Assembly (NCBI GenBank): GCA_963735585.1
Contig: CAVTLI010000003.1
Coordinates: 14,874-78,873, forward strand
Origin: an uncultured Gaiellaceae bacterium
Lineage (GTDB): Bacteria; Actinomycetota; Thermoleophilia; Gaiellales; Gaiellaceae
DNA length: 64,000 nucleotides
Direction: 5' to 3'
Numbering within the stretch: the stretch's first letter is position 1; the number at the start of each line of letters is the position of its first letter. The notes below the pieces were generated by a model. That model saw only the letters and a program-made list of their open reading frames with translations. It was not told the DNA's origin and searched no databases. Below are positions 8,680 to 19,789 of the stretch, piece after piece. The position numbers and the translations under genes were made by a program.

Positions 8680-9821
8680 ACTTCGAGACGCGCGCCATCC
8701 ACGACGGCCAGGAGCCGGACCCCGCCACCGGCGCGGTGGTCACGCCGATCTACCAGACCGTGACCTACGTGCAGGAGGCGGTCGGCGTCAACAAGGGTTA
8801 CGACTACTCGCGCGTCGGCAATCCCACGCGCACCGCGTTGCAGACGGCGCTCGCGTCACTCGAGAACGCCGAGCACGGAATCGCGTTCTCGTCCGGGCTC
8901 GGCGCGACGACCACGCTGATGCACCTCGTCAACCCGGGCGAGCGGGTCGTCCTGATCGCGGACGTGTACGGGGGCGTCTACCGGATGACCTCGCAGGTGT
9001 ACGAGCCCAAGGGGTACGTCTTCGACTACCTCCCTGCAGCCGAGTTCGAAACCCTCGCGGAGCACCTCGACGAGCGTACGCGCATGGTCTGGATCGAGAC
9101 CCCGTCGAACCCGCTCCTGAACGTCGTCGACATCCAAGCCGCCGCCGACGCCGCGCACGCCGCAGGCGCGATCCTCGTCGTCGACAACACCTTCGCGACG
9201 CCGTACCTCCAGAACCCGCTCGATCTCGGCGCGGACGTCGTCCTGCACTCGACGACGAAGTACCTCGGCGGCCATTCCGACGTCGTCGGCGGCTTTGCCG
9301 GCACGAACGACCCGACGATCGCGGAGCGCCTCTTCTTCCTGCAGAAGTCGCTCGGCGCCGTTCCCGGGCCGTTCGACTCGTGGCTCGTCCTGCGCGGGCT
9401 GAAGACGCTCGCCCTGCGCATGGGCCGGCACTGCGAGAACGCACGCGCGATCGCCGGCTGGCTCGGTGAGCAGCCGTCCGTGACGCAGGTGCTCTATCCC
9501 GGCCTGCCGGAGCACCCGGGCCACGAGATCGCGAAGCGCCAGATGCGCGACTTCGGCGGGATGATCTCCTTCCTCACCGAGACCGAGGAGGAGGCGGTCG
9601 AGCTCGTCGCGCGCACGAAGCTGTTCCTCCTCGCCGAGTCGCTGGGCGGCGTCGAGAGCCTGATCGAGCACCCCGCGCGGATGACGCACGCCTCCACCGC
9701 CGACGCGCCGTTCGCCGCCCCGAAGAACCTCGTGCGCCTCTCCGTCGGGATCGAATCGGTGGACGACCTGATCGCGGACCTCGAGGCGGCGCTCGTCCCG
9801 GCCGCGAGCCACGCCAAGTAA
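8676..9821 (+). CDS. Cys/Met-metabolism PLP enzyme (cystathionine gamma-synthase/gamma-lyase family)
   Basis: GTG 8676 overlaps the upstream stop. FETRAIHDGQEPDP.TGAV..PIYQT..Y, and HSTTKYLGGHSDVVGG (PLP lysine). Confidence 0.9.
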   Translation: MNFETRAIHDGQEPDPATGAVVTPIYQTVTYVQEAVGVNKGYDYSRVGNPTRTALQTALASLENAEHGIAFSSGLGATTTLMHLVNPGERVVLIADVYGGVYRMTSQVYEPKGYVFDYLPAAEFETLAEHLDERTRMVWIETPSNPLLNVVDIQAAADAAHAAGAILVVDNTFATPYLQNPLDLGADVVLHSTTKYLGGHSDVVGGFAGTNDPTIAERLFFLQKSLGAVPGPFDSWLVLRGLKTLALRMGRHCENARAIAGWLGEQPSVTQVLYPGLPEHPGHEIAKRQMRDFGGMISFLTETEEEAVELVARTKLFLLAESLGGVESLIEHPARMTHASTADAPFAAPKNLVRLSVGIESVDDLIADLEAALVPAASHAK

Positions 9822-9832
9822 CAGACTGTTTC

Positions 9833-10669
9833 TTGGCCGGGCCGATCGACCTCCTGCACGGCGGCGCGGCGCGCACGATCGGCGTCTACCTCGTCGACAC
9901 CGAGGACGGGCTCGCGCTCTTCGACTGCGGGCCGGCGAGCTGCCTCGACGCGCTCGAAGCCGGGCTCGCCGAGCGCGGGCACGCACTCGGCGACGTCCGT
10001 CACCTACTGCTCTCGCACATCCACCTCGACCACGCCGGCGCGGCCGGCACGCTCGTCCGCCGCCACCCTCAGCTCCAGGTGCACGTCTCGGAGGTCGGCG
10101 CACCGCACCTCGTCGACCCGAGCCGGCTCGAGCAAAGCGCACGGCGGCTCTACGGCGAGACCTTCGACCCCCTCTGGGGCGAGCTTGCACCGGTGCCCGA
10201 GGAGAACGTCCACGTCGTGGGCGGGCGCGTGCTCGGTCTCGAGTGCTTCCCCTCGCCGGGGCACGCATCGCACCACGTTTGCTACTTCGACGGCTCGACC
10301 CTCTACGCGGGCGACGCGGCCGGCGTGCGGATCGAGCCGGCGCGCACCGTCCTGCCGCCGACGCCGCCGCCCGACGTCGACCTGGCAGCGTGGGAGCGCA
10401 CGATCGCTGAGATCGAGCGCCGGCGGCCGGAGCAGCTGGCGCTGATCCACTTCGGGCTCGCCGCCGACGTCGACCGGCACCTCACGGAGCTGCGCGAGCG
10501 GCTGGCGACGTGGGCCGGCCGGGTCGAGCGCGGCGCCGACGAGGCCGAGTTCGTCGCCGCCGCGAGGGCCGACCTGCCGCCGGACGAGGCCGACGCCTAC
10601 GACCGCGCGATGCCGTTCTGGCAGTCGTATGCAGGCCTCGCGCGCTACTGGGAGAAGCGACGCGCGTGA
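9833..10669 (+). CDS. MBL-fold metallo-hydrolase
   Basis: Track ORF 278 aa. LLLSHIHLDHAGAAG (HxHxDH motif). Confidence 0.85.
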   Translation: MAGPIDLLHGGAARTIGVYLVDTEDGLALFDCGPASCLDALEAGLAERGHALGDVRHLLLSHIHLDHAGAAGTLVRRHPQLQVHVSEVGAPHLVDPSRLEQSARRLYGETFDPLWGELAPVPEENVHVVGGRVLGLECFPSPGHASHHVCYFDGSTLYAGDAAGVRIEPARTVLPPTPPPDVDLAAWERTIAEIERRRPEQLALIHFGLAADVDRHLTELRERLATWAGRVERGADEAEFVAAARADLPPDEADAYDRAMPFWQSYAGLARYWEKRRA

Positions 10670-11928
10670 AGGCGAGTCTCGCGCCGCTCCGTGAGCGGGA
10701 GTTCCGGCTCCTCTTCGCCGGCCGCTTCGCCTCCTACATCGGCAGCGCGGTCGCCCCCGTGGCACTCGCGTTCGCGGTGATCGACGACCTCGATGGCACG
10801 CCCACCGAGCTCGGCCTCGTCCTGATGGCGGCCTGGCTGCCACAGATCGTGTTCATTCTGATCGGCGGCGTCTTTGCGGATCGGCTCCCGCGCCACTTCG
10901 TGCTCGTCGCTTCGAACGTCCTCAGCGGTGTCGCGCAGGTGGTCGCGGCCGTCCTGCTTCTGACGGGCAACGCCGAGATCTGGCACCTCGTCGTGCTCCA
11001 GGTATTTCGCGGGATCGCCTCGTCGTTCTTCTTTCCCGCCTCGACCGGAATCGTGCCGCAGACGGTGAGTGCGCCACTGCTGCAGCAGGCGAATGCGCTC
11101 CTGCGAATGACCACCAACGCCGCTCTCGTGCTCGGCACGGCGGCGGGCGGCATCCTCGTGGCAGCCGTAGGCTCGGGCTGGGCGATCGCGTTCGACGGGG
11201 GCACGTACCTCCTCAGCGGCGCGATCCTGCTCTTCATGCGGATTCCGGGCGCGCTCAAGGCGTCGTCCTCGGTGGTGCGAGACCTGGCGGACGGCTGGAA
11301 GGAGTTCCGCTCGCGCGAATGGCTCTGGGTGATCGTCCTCGCCGCGCTGTTCGGGAACATGGTCTCGAGCGGCTCGATGGGTGTGCTCGGACCCGTCGTG
11401 GCGGAGGACGCCCTCGGCGGCGCCGCGGCCTGGGGCTTCATCCTCGCCGCACAGGCGGTCGGCCTCGTGCTGGGCGGACTGATCACGCTTCGCCTGAGAC
11501 CGAGCCGACCGCTCCTCGTCGGCCAGGTCGCGGTGCTCTTCTGGGGGCTCCCACTCGCCGGGCTCGCGCTCGAGCTCCCGACAGTCGCCATCGCCGGGCT
11601 CGCCTTGATCGCGGGTATCGGGCTCGAGCTCTTCGGCGTGTACTGGGACACGTCGCTCCAGCAACACGTGCCGCAGGAGGCGCTCTCGCGCGTCAGTTCC
11701 TACGACGCGCTCGGCTCTTTCGTCGCGATCCCGATCGGCCTCTCGATCGTCGGGCCGATCTCCGCGGCGATCGGCGTCTCCACGACACTCTGGGTCGCGT
11801 TCGCGATCTTTCTCGTGGCCCAGGGCGGCGCGCTCCTGAGCCGTGACGTGCGGACGCTTCCGCGTCGTGACGACCCGGTCGAAGCCGATCAGATCCCGGA
11901 GCCTGCAGTCATCACGTCCAGCCCGTGA
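10666..11928 (+). CDS. MFS transporter
   Basis: GTG 10666 overlaps the MBL stop. About 12 hydrophobic segments. The N-terminus REFRLLFAGRFASYIGSAVAPVALAFAV is typical of actinobacterial MFS exporters. Confidence 0.85.
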   Translation: MKASLAPLREREFRLLFAGRFASYIGSAVAPVALAFAVIDDLDGTPTELGLVLMAAWLPQIVFILIGGVFADRLPRHFVLVASNVLSGVAQVVAAVLLLTGNAEIWHLVVLQVFRGIASSFFFPASTGIVPQTVSAPLLQQANALLRMTTNAALVLGTAAGGILVAAVGSGWAIAFDGGTYLLSGAILLFMRIPGALKASSSVVRDLADGWKEFRSREWLWVIVLAALFGNMVSSGSMGVLGPVVAEDALGGAAAWGFILAAQAVGLVLGGLITLRLRPSRPLLVGQVAVLFWGLPLAGLALELPTVAIAGLALIAGIGLELFGVYWDTSLQQHVPQEALSRVSSYDALGSFVAIPIGLSIVGPISAAIGVSTTLWVAFAIFLVAQGGALLSRDVRTLPRRDDPVEADQIPEPAVITSSP

Positions 11929-13213
11929 CGAGCCAGCGCCGGCTCGCGAAGCGGCGCCACATCAGCAGCAGCCGGACGAGGATGAGGACGGCGAGAGCGG
12001 CCCAGACGCCGACGATCCCCCAGTCGAAGGCGACCGAAGCCAGCGCCACCGTCGCCGAGGCGGCGAACGCGGCCACCATCGACCAGGCGAGATAGGGCCC
12101 GTCGCTGGCGCCGATCAGGATCCCGTCGAGCGCGAAGACGGCGCCGTTCAGCGGCTGCATCAGCGCGAAGAGGAGCCAGATCGCCCCCACGCGCTCGAGC
12201 ACGAGCTCGTCGCCCGTGAACGCGCGTGGCAAGACGCCCCCGAGCAGCACCAGCACGGCCGCGAAGAATGCTCCCGCGTAGACGGCCAGCCAGATCATCC
12301 GCGCGCTCGCCTCGTAGGCCCGACGCGTGTCCCCCGCGCCGAGCCCGCGACCGACGAGCACCTGGCCGGCGATCGCAATCGCGTCCAGCACGAGCGCGAG
12401 GAAGAGCCAGAGCTGGAACGCGATCTGGTGCGCGGCGATCGACGCGTCGCCGGAGCGCGTCACGATCGCACCCGCGAGCGTGAAGGCGGACATCAGCGCC
12501 AGCGTCCGCACGAAGATGTGGCGGCCGACCTTCACGAGCCGCAGCATCAGCGCGGCGCGCGGACGCAGATCGCGGCCGGCCGAGCGCAGCAGCACCAAGA
12601 CGAAGGCTGCTCCCATCCCGGTTTGCGCGATCGCCGTCCCCCACGCCGAGCCCTCGATCCCCCAGTCGAAGCCGTAGACGAAGAGCACCTCGAGGATCGC
12701 GTTCGCGACGTTGCCCGCGATCAGGATCATGAGCGGGGTGCGCAGGTCGGCGACGCCGCGGAGGTAGCCCTGCGCACCGATCGCGATGAACGCCGAGGGC
12801 AGCCCGAGCGAGACGATGCGGATGTAGGTCACGGCGAAGTCCGCGGTCTCTCCCTTGCCGCCCATGGCGCCGACGATCCCCGGCGCGAACGCGATCATCA
12901 CGGCCGTCAGCGCGATCCCGACGCCGAGGCACAGCCACAACGCCTGAGCCCCGAGCCGCCGCGCCGCCTGCTCCTGCCCGGCGCCGGAGGCGCGGCCGAC
13001 CTGCGCCGTCGTGCCGTACTGGAGGAAGTTGAAGATCGCGAAGAGCGCTGTCAGGACGGTCGCGGCGATCCCCAGCGCGGCCAGCTCCTCGCGGCCGAGG
13101 TGTCCCACGATCGCGGTGTCGACGAGGATGTACGACGGCTCGGCCGCGAGCGCCCCGAGCGCGGGCACCGCGAGTCGCAAGATCTCGCGGTCGTACGAAC
13201 TTCTGAGCTTCAC
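11912..13213 (-). CDS. MATE-family efflux transporter
   Basis: Track ORF 433 aa. REILRLAVPALGALAAEPSYILVDTAIVGHLG and 12 TM-like segments. Its 3' end overlaps the convergent MFS gene by 17 nt. Confidence 0.9.
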   Translation of the reverse strand: MKLRSSYDREILRLAVPALGALAAEPSYILVDTAIVGHLGREELAALGIAATVLTALFAIFNFLQYGTTAQVGRASGAGQEQAARRLGAQALWLCLGVGIALTAVMIAFAPGIVGAMGGKGETADFAVTYIRIVSLGLPSAFIAIGAQGYLRGVADLRTPLMILIAGNVANAILEVLFVYGFDWGIEGSAWGTAIAQTGMGAAFVLVLLRSAGRDLRPRAALMLRLVKVGRHIFVRTLALMSAFTLAGAIVTRSGDASIAAHQIAFQLWLFLALVLDAIAIAGQVLVGRGLGAGDTRRAYEASARMIWLAVYAGAFFAAVLVLLGGVLPRAFTGDELVLERVGAIWLLFALMQPLNGAVFALDGILIGASDGPYLAWSMVAAFAASATVALASVAFDWGIVGVWAALAVLILVRLLLMWRRFASRRWLVTGWT

Positions 13214-13947
13214 TCGTCGCGGAGAATCCGCGCGCCGCTCGACTGCGCGAGCGCCTTCACGACGATCTCGTCCACGTTCACGTTCGGCGGACGGGTCAGC
13301 GCAAAGAGCACGCAGTCGGCGACATCCGCCGGCTGCATCGCTCCGCCGAGCGCGACACCCTCGTAGATCCCGCGCGCCACGTCCTCGTCGCCACGGAAGC
13401 GGACACGCGAGAAGTCGGTCTCGACGAGCCCGGGCGCGACGTTCGTGAGCCGGATCGGCCGGCCGAGCAGATCCTCGCGCAGCGCCTGCGTGAAGCCGTG
13501 CACGGCGAACTTCGAGGCGACGTACAGCGCGCCGTTCGGATAGGCGGCCATCCCGGCGACCGAGCCCAGGTTCACGATGTGGCCACCGTCCCGGATGTGC
13601 GGCAGGCAGAGTCGCGTCATCCGGATCAAGCCGTGCACGTTCGTCTCGAGCACGACCTCCTCGTCGGCCTCCGTCGACTCGTCGAACGGATCGCGCCCGA
13701 GCGCGAGCCCTGCGTTGTTGACGAGGATGTCGAGCCCGCCGAGCTCCGCCAGCGCATCCGCGACGAAGCGCTTGCAGCTCTCGGGGTCGGTCACGTCGAG
13801 CGGCAGGGCGACCTCCGTGGCGAGCTGCCCCACCCGCCGGGCGCCACCGGCGACTCGGACGCCCGCATCCTTCAGCGCGGCGGCGATGGCGGCCCCGATC
13901 CCGCTCGACGCACCCGTGACGATCGCGGTCTTGCCGGACAGATCCAC
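13210..13947 (-). CDS. SDR-family oxidoreductase
   Basis: Track ORF 245 aa. KTAIVTGASSGIGAA, NNAG, YVASKFAV. Confidence 0.9.
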   Translation of the reverse strand: MDLSGKTAIVTGASSGIGAAIAAALKDAGVRVAGGARRVGQLATEVALPLDVTDPESCKRFVADALAELGGLDILVNNAGLALGRDPFDESTEADEEVVLETNVHGLIRMTRLCLPHIRDGGHIVNLGSVAGMAAYPNGALYVASKFAVHGFTQALREDLLGRPIRLTNVAPGLVETDFSRVRFRGDEDVARGIYEGVALGGAMQPADVADCVLFALTRPPNVNVDEIVVKALAQSSGARILRDE

Positions 13948-13956
13948 CGCGCGAGC

Positions 13957-14832
13957 CTAACGCGAGAGCGACACGAGCCCGGGCGCGTGCTCCACCTGGA
14001 GCGTCGTATGCACGAGGTCGTACCGCTCGCGCAGCAGCGTCTCGAGCTCACGACGGATCGCGTGACAGTCGGCCCGCGGCTCGACGAGCACGTGCGCCGA
14101 GAGCGCGGGGAAACCGGACGTGATCGTCCAGATGTGCAGGTCGTGCACGTCCACGACACCCGGCGAGGCGGCCATCGCTGCGCCCACCGCGCGCGCGTCG
14201 ATCCCGGCCGGCACGCCCTCGAGCAGGATCCCCACCGACTCACGGACGATCCCGACGGTGCTCGCCAGCACGAGCAGGCCGATCAGCAGGCCGGCGAGCG
14301 GGTCGGCGCCCTCCCAGCCCGTCGCGAGCACCACCAGCGCAGCGACCACGACACCCACCGAGGAGGCGAGGTCGGCGAGCACGTGCAGAAGCGCTGCACG
14401 AACATTCAGCCCGTCGCCCGCAGAGTGGAGGATGCGCGCGGCCGCCACGTTGACGCCGAGGCCGACCATGCCCGCCGCCAGCACCCAACCGCCCTCGACC
14501 GCAGGCGGGTCGCCCAGCCGGCGAATCGCCTCGACCACGATCCACAGCCCGAGCGCGATCAGGACGAGCGCGTTCGCAAGTGCGGCGAGGATCTCGGCAC
14601 GGCGCCAACCGAAGCTCCGCTCCGGGGTGGCCGGGCGCCGAGCGAGCCACGCGGCGAAGAGGGCAAGCCCCAGGGCGAGCGCGTCGGAGAACATGTGGGC
14701 CGCGTCGGCGAGGAGCGCCAGCGAGCCGGCGAGCAGCGAGGCGCCGAGCTCGACGACGGCGAAGCCCAGCACGAGCGCGAGCGCCAAGCCGAGCGCGCGC
14801 GTCCCGGAGCGAGCATGAGCGTGGCCCGCCAT
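13957..14832 (-). CDS. czcD: cation diffusion facilitator (CzcD-like) metal efflux transporter
   Basis: Track ORF 291 aa. SLALLADAAHMFSDA, RRAEILAAL, HVLADLASSVGV, and C-terminal DVHDLHIW..S. Confidence 0.9.
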   Translation of the reverse strand: MAGHAHARSGTRALGLALALVLGFAVVELGASLLAGSLALLADAAHMFSDALALGLALFAAWLARRPATPERSFGWRRAEILAALANALVLIALGLWIVVEAIRRLGDPPAVEGGWVLAAGMVGLGVNVAAARILHSAGDGLNVRAALLHVLADLASSVGVVVAALVVLATGWEGADPLAGLLIGLLVLASTVGIVRESVGILLEGVPAGIDARAVGAAMAASPGVVDVHDLHIWTITSGFPALSAHVLVEPRADCHAIRRELETLLRERYDLVHTTLQVEHAPGLVSLSR

Positions 14833-14906
14833 GGCCGCCCACCGTAGCGAAGCGTTCGTTGACCAACCGTTTACATCTCGCTCCGATATGGGAGACTCCC
14901 GCCAAC

Positions 14907-16129
<1,223 letters not shown>

Positions 16130-16133
<4 letters not shown>

Positions 16134-17455
16134 CGAAGCAGCGGTTCATCCTGCTCGCTCTACTCGTGGCCATGCTCGCGTTGCTCGCGGCAGGCTGCGG
16201 CGGGGACGACGACGACGGTGGGGACGCGGCCGGCACCACCGCAGAGACCACGACCGAGGAAGACGAGGCTGTCTCCGGCTCGATCAACGTCCTGGCGGTC
16301 TGGACGGGCGCCGAGGGAGAGGCCTTCCAAGCTGTCCTCGACGGCTTCACCGAGGAGAACCCCGACGTCACCGTCGACTATCAGTCGGCCGCTGATCCGG
16401 CCACCGTGCTGTCCACGTCCGTCGAGGGCGGCAATCCGCCCGACGTCGCGGCGCTTCCATCGCCCGGAATCATGGCCGACTTCGTGGGTCGAGACGCGCT
16501 GACGCCGCTCGACTTCGCCCAGCAAACCATCGAGGACAACTACGCCGAGGGTTGGCTGACCGCAGGCAGCGTCGACGGTCAGCTGTACGGCGTCTTCTTC
16601 AAGGGCGTCAACAAATCGACGGTCTGGTACAACGTCGAGACCTTCGAGAGCGCGGGCGTCGAGCCGCCGGCGGACTGGGAGACGTTCCTCTCGAACGCCG
16701 AGACGCTCGCTGCCAGCGGCACGCCTGCCTACTCGATCGGCGGCTCGGACGGCTGGACCCTCACCGATCTGTTCGAGAACATCTACCTGCGGCTGGCCGG
16801 TCCTGAGAAGTACGACCAACTCGCGACGCACGAGATCCCTTGGACGGACGAGTCCGTCACCCAGACGCTCACCGAGATGGCCAAGATCTTCGGTGACACC
16901 GACAACATCGCGGGCGGCACGAGCGGGGCGCTCCAGACCGACTTCCCCACCTCGGTCACGCAGGTGTACTCGGATCCGCCGAAGGCAGCGCAGGTGATCG
17001 AGGGCGACTTCGTCGCCGGCGTCATCTCCGCGGAGACCCAGGCCGAGCCGGAGACCGGCTTCAACGTCTACGCGTTCCCGACCATCGACGATGACGACGA
17101 AGGCGCCGTCGTCGGCGCCGGGGACGTCCTCGTCATGTTCACGGACAGTCCAGCCGCACGCGCGCTGATCGAGTACCTGGCGACCCCCGAGGCACAGGAG
17201 ATCTGGGCGGCGCGTGGCGGCTTCACCGCGCCGAACAAGAACGTCGACCCCAGCGTGTATCCCGATGAGGTGACGAGAGGTGCTGCCGAAGGTCTCAGCG
17301 GAGGCGACTTCCGCTTCGACCTGTCCGACCTCCAGCCCGCTGCCTTCGGGAGCGATGCCATGTTCAGCCTCCTCCAGGACTTCCTGAGGAATCCGGACGA
17401 CGTCGAGGGCACGGCGACGAAGCTCGAGGCCGCCGCGGCCAAGGCATACGGCTAG
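16130..17455 (+). CDS. ABC transporter sugar-binding lipoprotein (family 1 SBP)
   Basis: ATG 16130 overlaps the ATPase stop. Lipobox LLAAGC followed by a D/G/T/E-rich linker. Typical CUT1 SBP body. Confidence 0.9.
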
Positions 17456-17467
17456 CGCCTTCAGCCG

Positions 17468-18817
17468 TTGAGCAGTACCGCGATCAGGCCGGAGTTCCCT
17501 CCCGAGGAGGGAGCTCCGGCCGCTCCGCACAGTTCCACCTTGCGGGGACTGCTGCTGCCGTTCGCCTTTCTGGCGCCGGCGGCGTTCTTCCTCGGCGTCT
17601 GGGTCGTCTACCCGACGTTCGCGACGATGTGGCGGAGCCTCTTCGACGATCGCGGCGACAGCTTCGTCGGGCTCGACAACTACGAGCGCATGTTCACCGA
17701 CGAGACGGTGCAGACGGCGATCAAGAACAACGTCCTCTGGGTGCTCGTCATCCCGGCCGGGGTCACCGCCGTCGGGCTCGTCTTCGCGGTCCTCACCGAG
17801 AAGGTGCGCTGGGCCCCGGCGTTCAAGATCGCGGTGTTCATCCCGCTCGCCGTCTCGCTGTTCGCGGTCGGCGTGATCTGGCGGATCATGTACACGGAAG
17901 ACCCGGAGCGCGGCGCGATCAACGCGGCGATCGTCGGCGTCCAGGGCGTCGTCAGCGACCAAGGCGTGCTCTCGTCCGCGCGACCGTCGACGGACACGCT
18001 GACGGGCACTCCATCGGGCGGGCTCACGCTCCAGGAGCCGGTCGAGCCCGGCGACGTCGCCCTACTCGGCCTCACGGCGATCAGCGCGGACGAAGTTCCC
18101 GAGGACGCGGCCGAGGCCGTGCAACCCGAGCCGCTGCAGGGCGGCATCACGGGCGTCGTCTGGCGGGACTTCAAGCCCGGCGGCGGCACGCCGGGCGAGG
18201 TCGAGAGCGAGGAGATCGGGTTGGCGGGCGTCACGGTCGAGTTGAGCGACGCCGAGAGCCAAAGCACGATCGACTCCGCCACGACCGGCGTCGACGGCAC
18301 CTTCGCCTTCGAGGACGTCGAACCGGGCGAGTACCGGGTCGCGATCGGTTCCGAGACGTTCGCCGAGCCCTTCAAGGGCTTCAGCTGGCTGGGACCGACC
18401 CTGATCACGCCCGCGCTCATGATCGCGTACATCTGGGTTGCCGCCGGCTTCGCGATGGTGATCACCGCCGCCGGGCTCTCCGCTATTCCCCGCGACACGC
18501 TCGAGGCCGCCCGCACCGACGGCGCCACCGAGTTCCAGGTCTTCCGGCGGATCACCGTGCCACTGCTCGCACCCGTGCTGACCGTCGTCTTCGTCACGCA
18601 GATCATCGCGGTGCTGAAGCTCTTCGACCTCGTGCTGGCGATCGCGCCGGGGTCAAGCCGGAACGACGCGACGGTCCTCGCCTTCGAGATGTGGCGGCGC
18701 GCGTTCTCGGGCCAGAACCTCTTCGGTCTCGGCGCCGCGATCGCAACGTTCCTGTTCCTCCTCTTCATCCCATTCCTCATCGTCAACGTCAGACGATTCC
18801 GAGCGGAGGCCCGGTAG
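17468..18817 (+). CDS. sugar ABC transporter permease (MalF-like) with a ~165-aa extracytoplasmic loop insertion
   Basis: TTG 17468, 449 aa. EAA region DTLEAARTDGATEFQVFRRITVP. The loop (aa ~142-308) contains ITGVVWRD...GLAGVTVELSD..ATTGVDGTFAFEDVEPGEYRV. Confidence 0.85.
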   Translation: MSSTAIRPEFPPEEGAPAAPHSSTLRGLLLPFAFLAPAAFFLGVWVVYPTFATMWRSLFDDRGDSFVGLDNYERMFTDETVQTAIKNNVLWVLVIPAGVTAVGLVFAVLTEKVRWAPAFKIAVFIPLAVSLFAVGVIWRIMYTEDPERGAINAAIVGVQGVVSDQGVLSSARPSTDTLTGTPSGGLTLQEPVEPGDVALLGLTAISADEVPEDAAEAVQPEPLQGGITGVVWRDFKPGGGTPGEVESEEIGLAGVTVELSDAESQSTIDSATTGVDGTFAFEDVEPGEYRVAIGSETFAEPFKGFSWLGPTLITPALMIAYIWVAAGFAMVITAAGLSAIPRDTLEAARTDGATEFQVFRRITVPLLAPVLTVVFVTQIIAVLKLFDLVLAIAPGSSRNDATVLAFEMWRRAFSGQNLFGLGAAIATFLFLLFIPFLIVNVRRFRAEAR

Positions 18818-19701
18818 TGGCAACAGCGGTCGAACAGCAGCCTGTCGTGGTCGAGGAGGGCGCCGCCACGAAAATCGTGCGCGCGCTCGGTCGGGCACCC
18901 GTGCACCTCGTGCTGATGCTGATCGCGATCCTCTGGCTGATCCCGACCGCCGGGCTCTTCATCACGTCGCTGCTGACGCCGTCCGACCAGGCCGAGGGCG
19001 GCTGGTGGAACTTCCTCTTCACGCCGAGCGCCTGGACGTTCGAGAACTACCGCAACATGTTCAACGACGACAGCATCGTCGACGCGCTCATCATCACCGC
19101 CCAGGTCACCCTGGGCGCAACGATCCTGCCGATCCTCGTCGCTTCTCTCGCCGCCTACGCCCTCGCCTGGATCGACTTCCCCGGTCGCGACTGGATCTTT
19201 CTCTCCGTCGTCGCGCTGCTCGTCGTGCCGATTCAGATGGCGCTGATCCCGATGTTCTCGCTCTACAACCGCTTCAGCCTCTTCGACACGATCCCCGGGC
19301 TGATCCTCTTCCACTCCGCCTTCGCCCTGCCCTTCGCGATCTTCCTGCTGCGGAACTTCTTCGCCGGGATTCCACGGGACCTGATGGAGGCGGCGCGGAT
19401 CGACGGCGCCTCCGAGCTTCGGCTCTTCTTCAAGGTCGTGCTTCCGCTCGGGATCCCCGCGATTGCATCGCTCGCGATCTTCCAGGTGCTCTTCGTCTGG
19501 AACGACCTGCTGATCGGGCTCGTGATGGCCCAGAACAACCAGCCGATCGCACCGGAGATCTCCTCGCAGCTGCGCCAGTTCGGCTCGAACCTCGACGTGA
19601 TCGCGCCTGCGGCGTTCTTCTCCGCGGTCGTGCCGCTGATCATCTTCGCAATGTTCCAGCGCTACTTCGTCCAGGGCCTGCTCGCCGGCTCCGTCAAGTA
19701 A
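18817..19701 (+). CDS. sugar ABC transporter permease (MalG-like)
   Basis: GTG 18817 overlaps the TAG of the upstream permease by 1 nt. DLMEAARIDGASELRLFFKVVLPL EAA motif. Confidence 0.9.
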   Translation: MATAVEQQPVVVEEGAATKIVRALGRAPVHLVLMLIAILWLIPTAGLFITSLLTPSDQAEGGWWNFLFTPSAWTFENYRNMFNDDSIVDALIITAQVTLGATILPILVASLAAYALAWIDFPGRDWIFLSVVALLVVPIQMALIPMFSLYNRFSLFDTIPGLILFHSAFALPFAIFLLRNFFAGIPRDLMEAARIDGASELRLFFKVVLPLGIPAIASLAIFQVLFVWNDLLIGLVMAQNNQPIAPEISSQLRQFGSNLDVIAPAAFFSAVVPLIIFAMFQRYFVQGLLAGSVK

Positions 19702-19718
19702 CGCGTGCGAGTCCCTGA

Positions 19719-19736
19719 CCGGCGGGCTCCCGCCGG
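19719..19736 (+). terminator. GC-rich hairpin (CCGGCGGG-CT-CCCGCCGG) 18 nt after the ABC operon stop, candidate terminator
   Basis: Inverted repeat read directly. No U-tract follows. Confidence 0.3.
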
Positions 19737-19789
19737 GCAGAACCCGGCTCCGCCCGCCTCGGGAACCCGCCCGAGGTGATACTGACGAG

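Noticed and set aside
14859-14890. Sigma-70-type promoter (TTGACC ... GATATG) upstream of the sugar ABC operon
   Set aside because: The -35-like hexamer is good, but no acceptable -10 lies at 16-19 nt spacing. Too weak to report as a feature.
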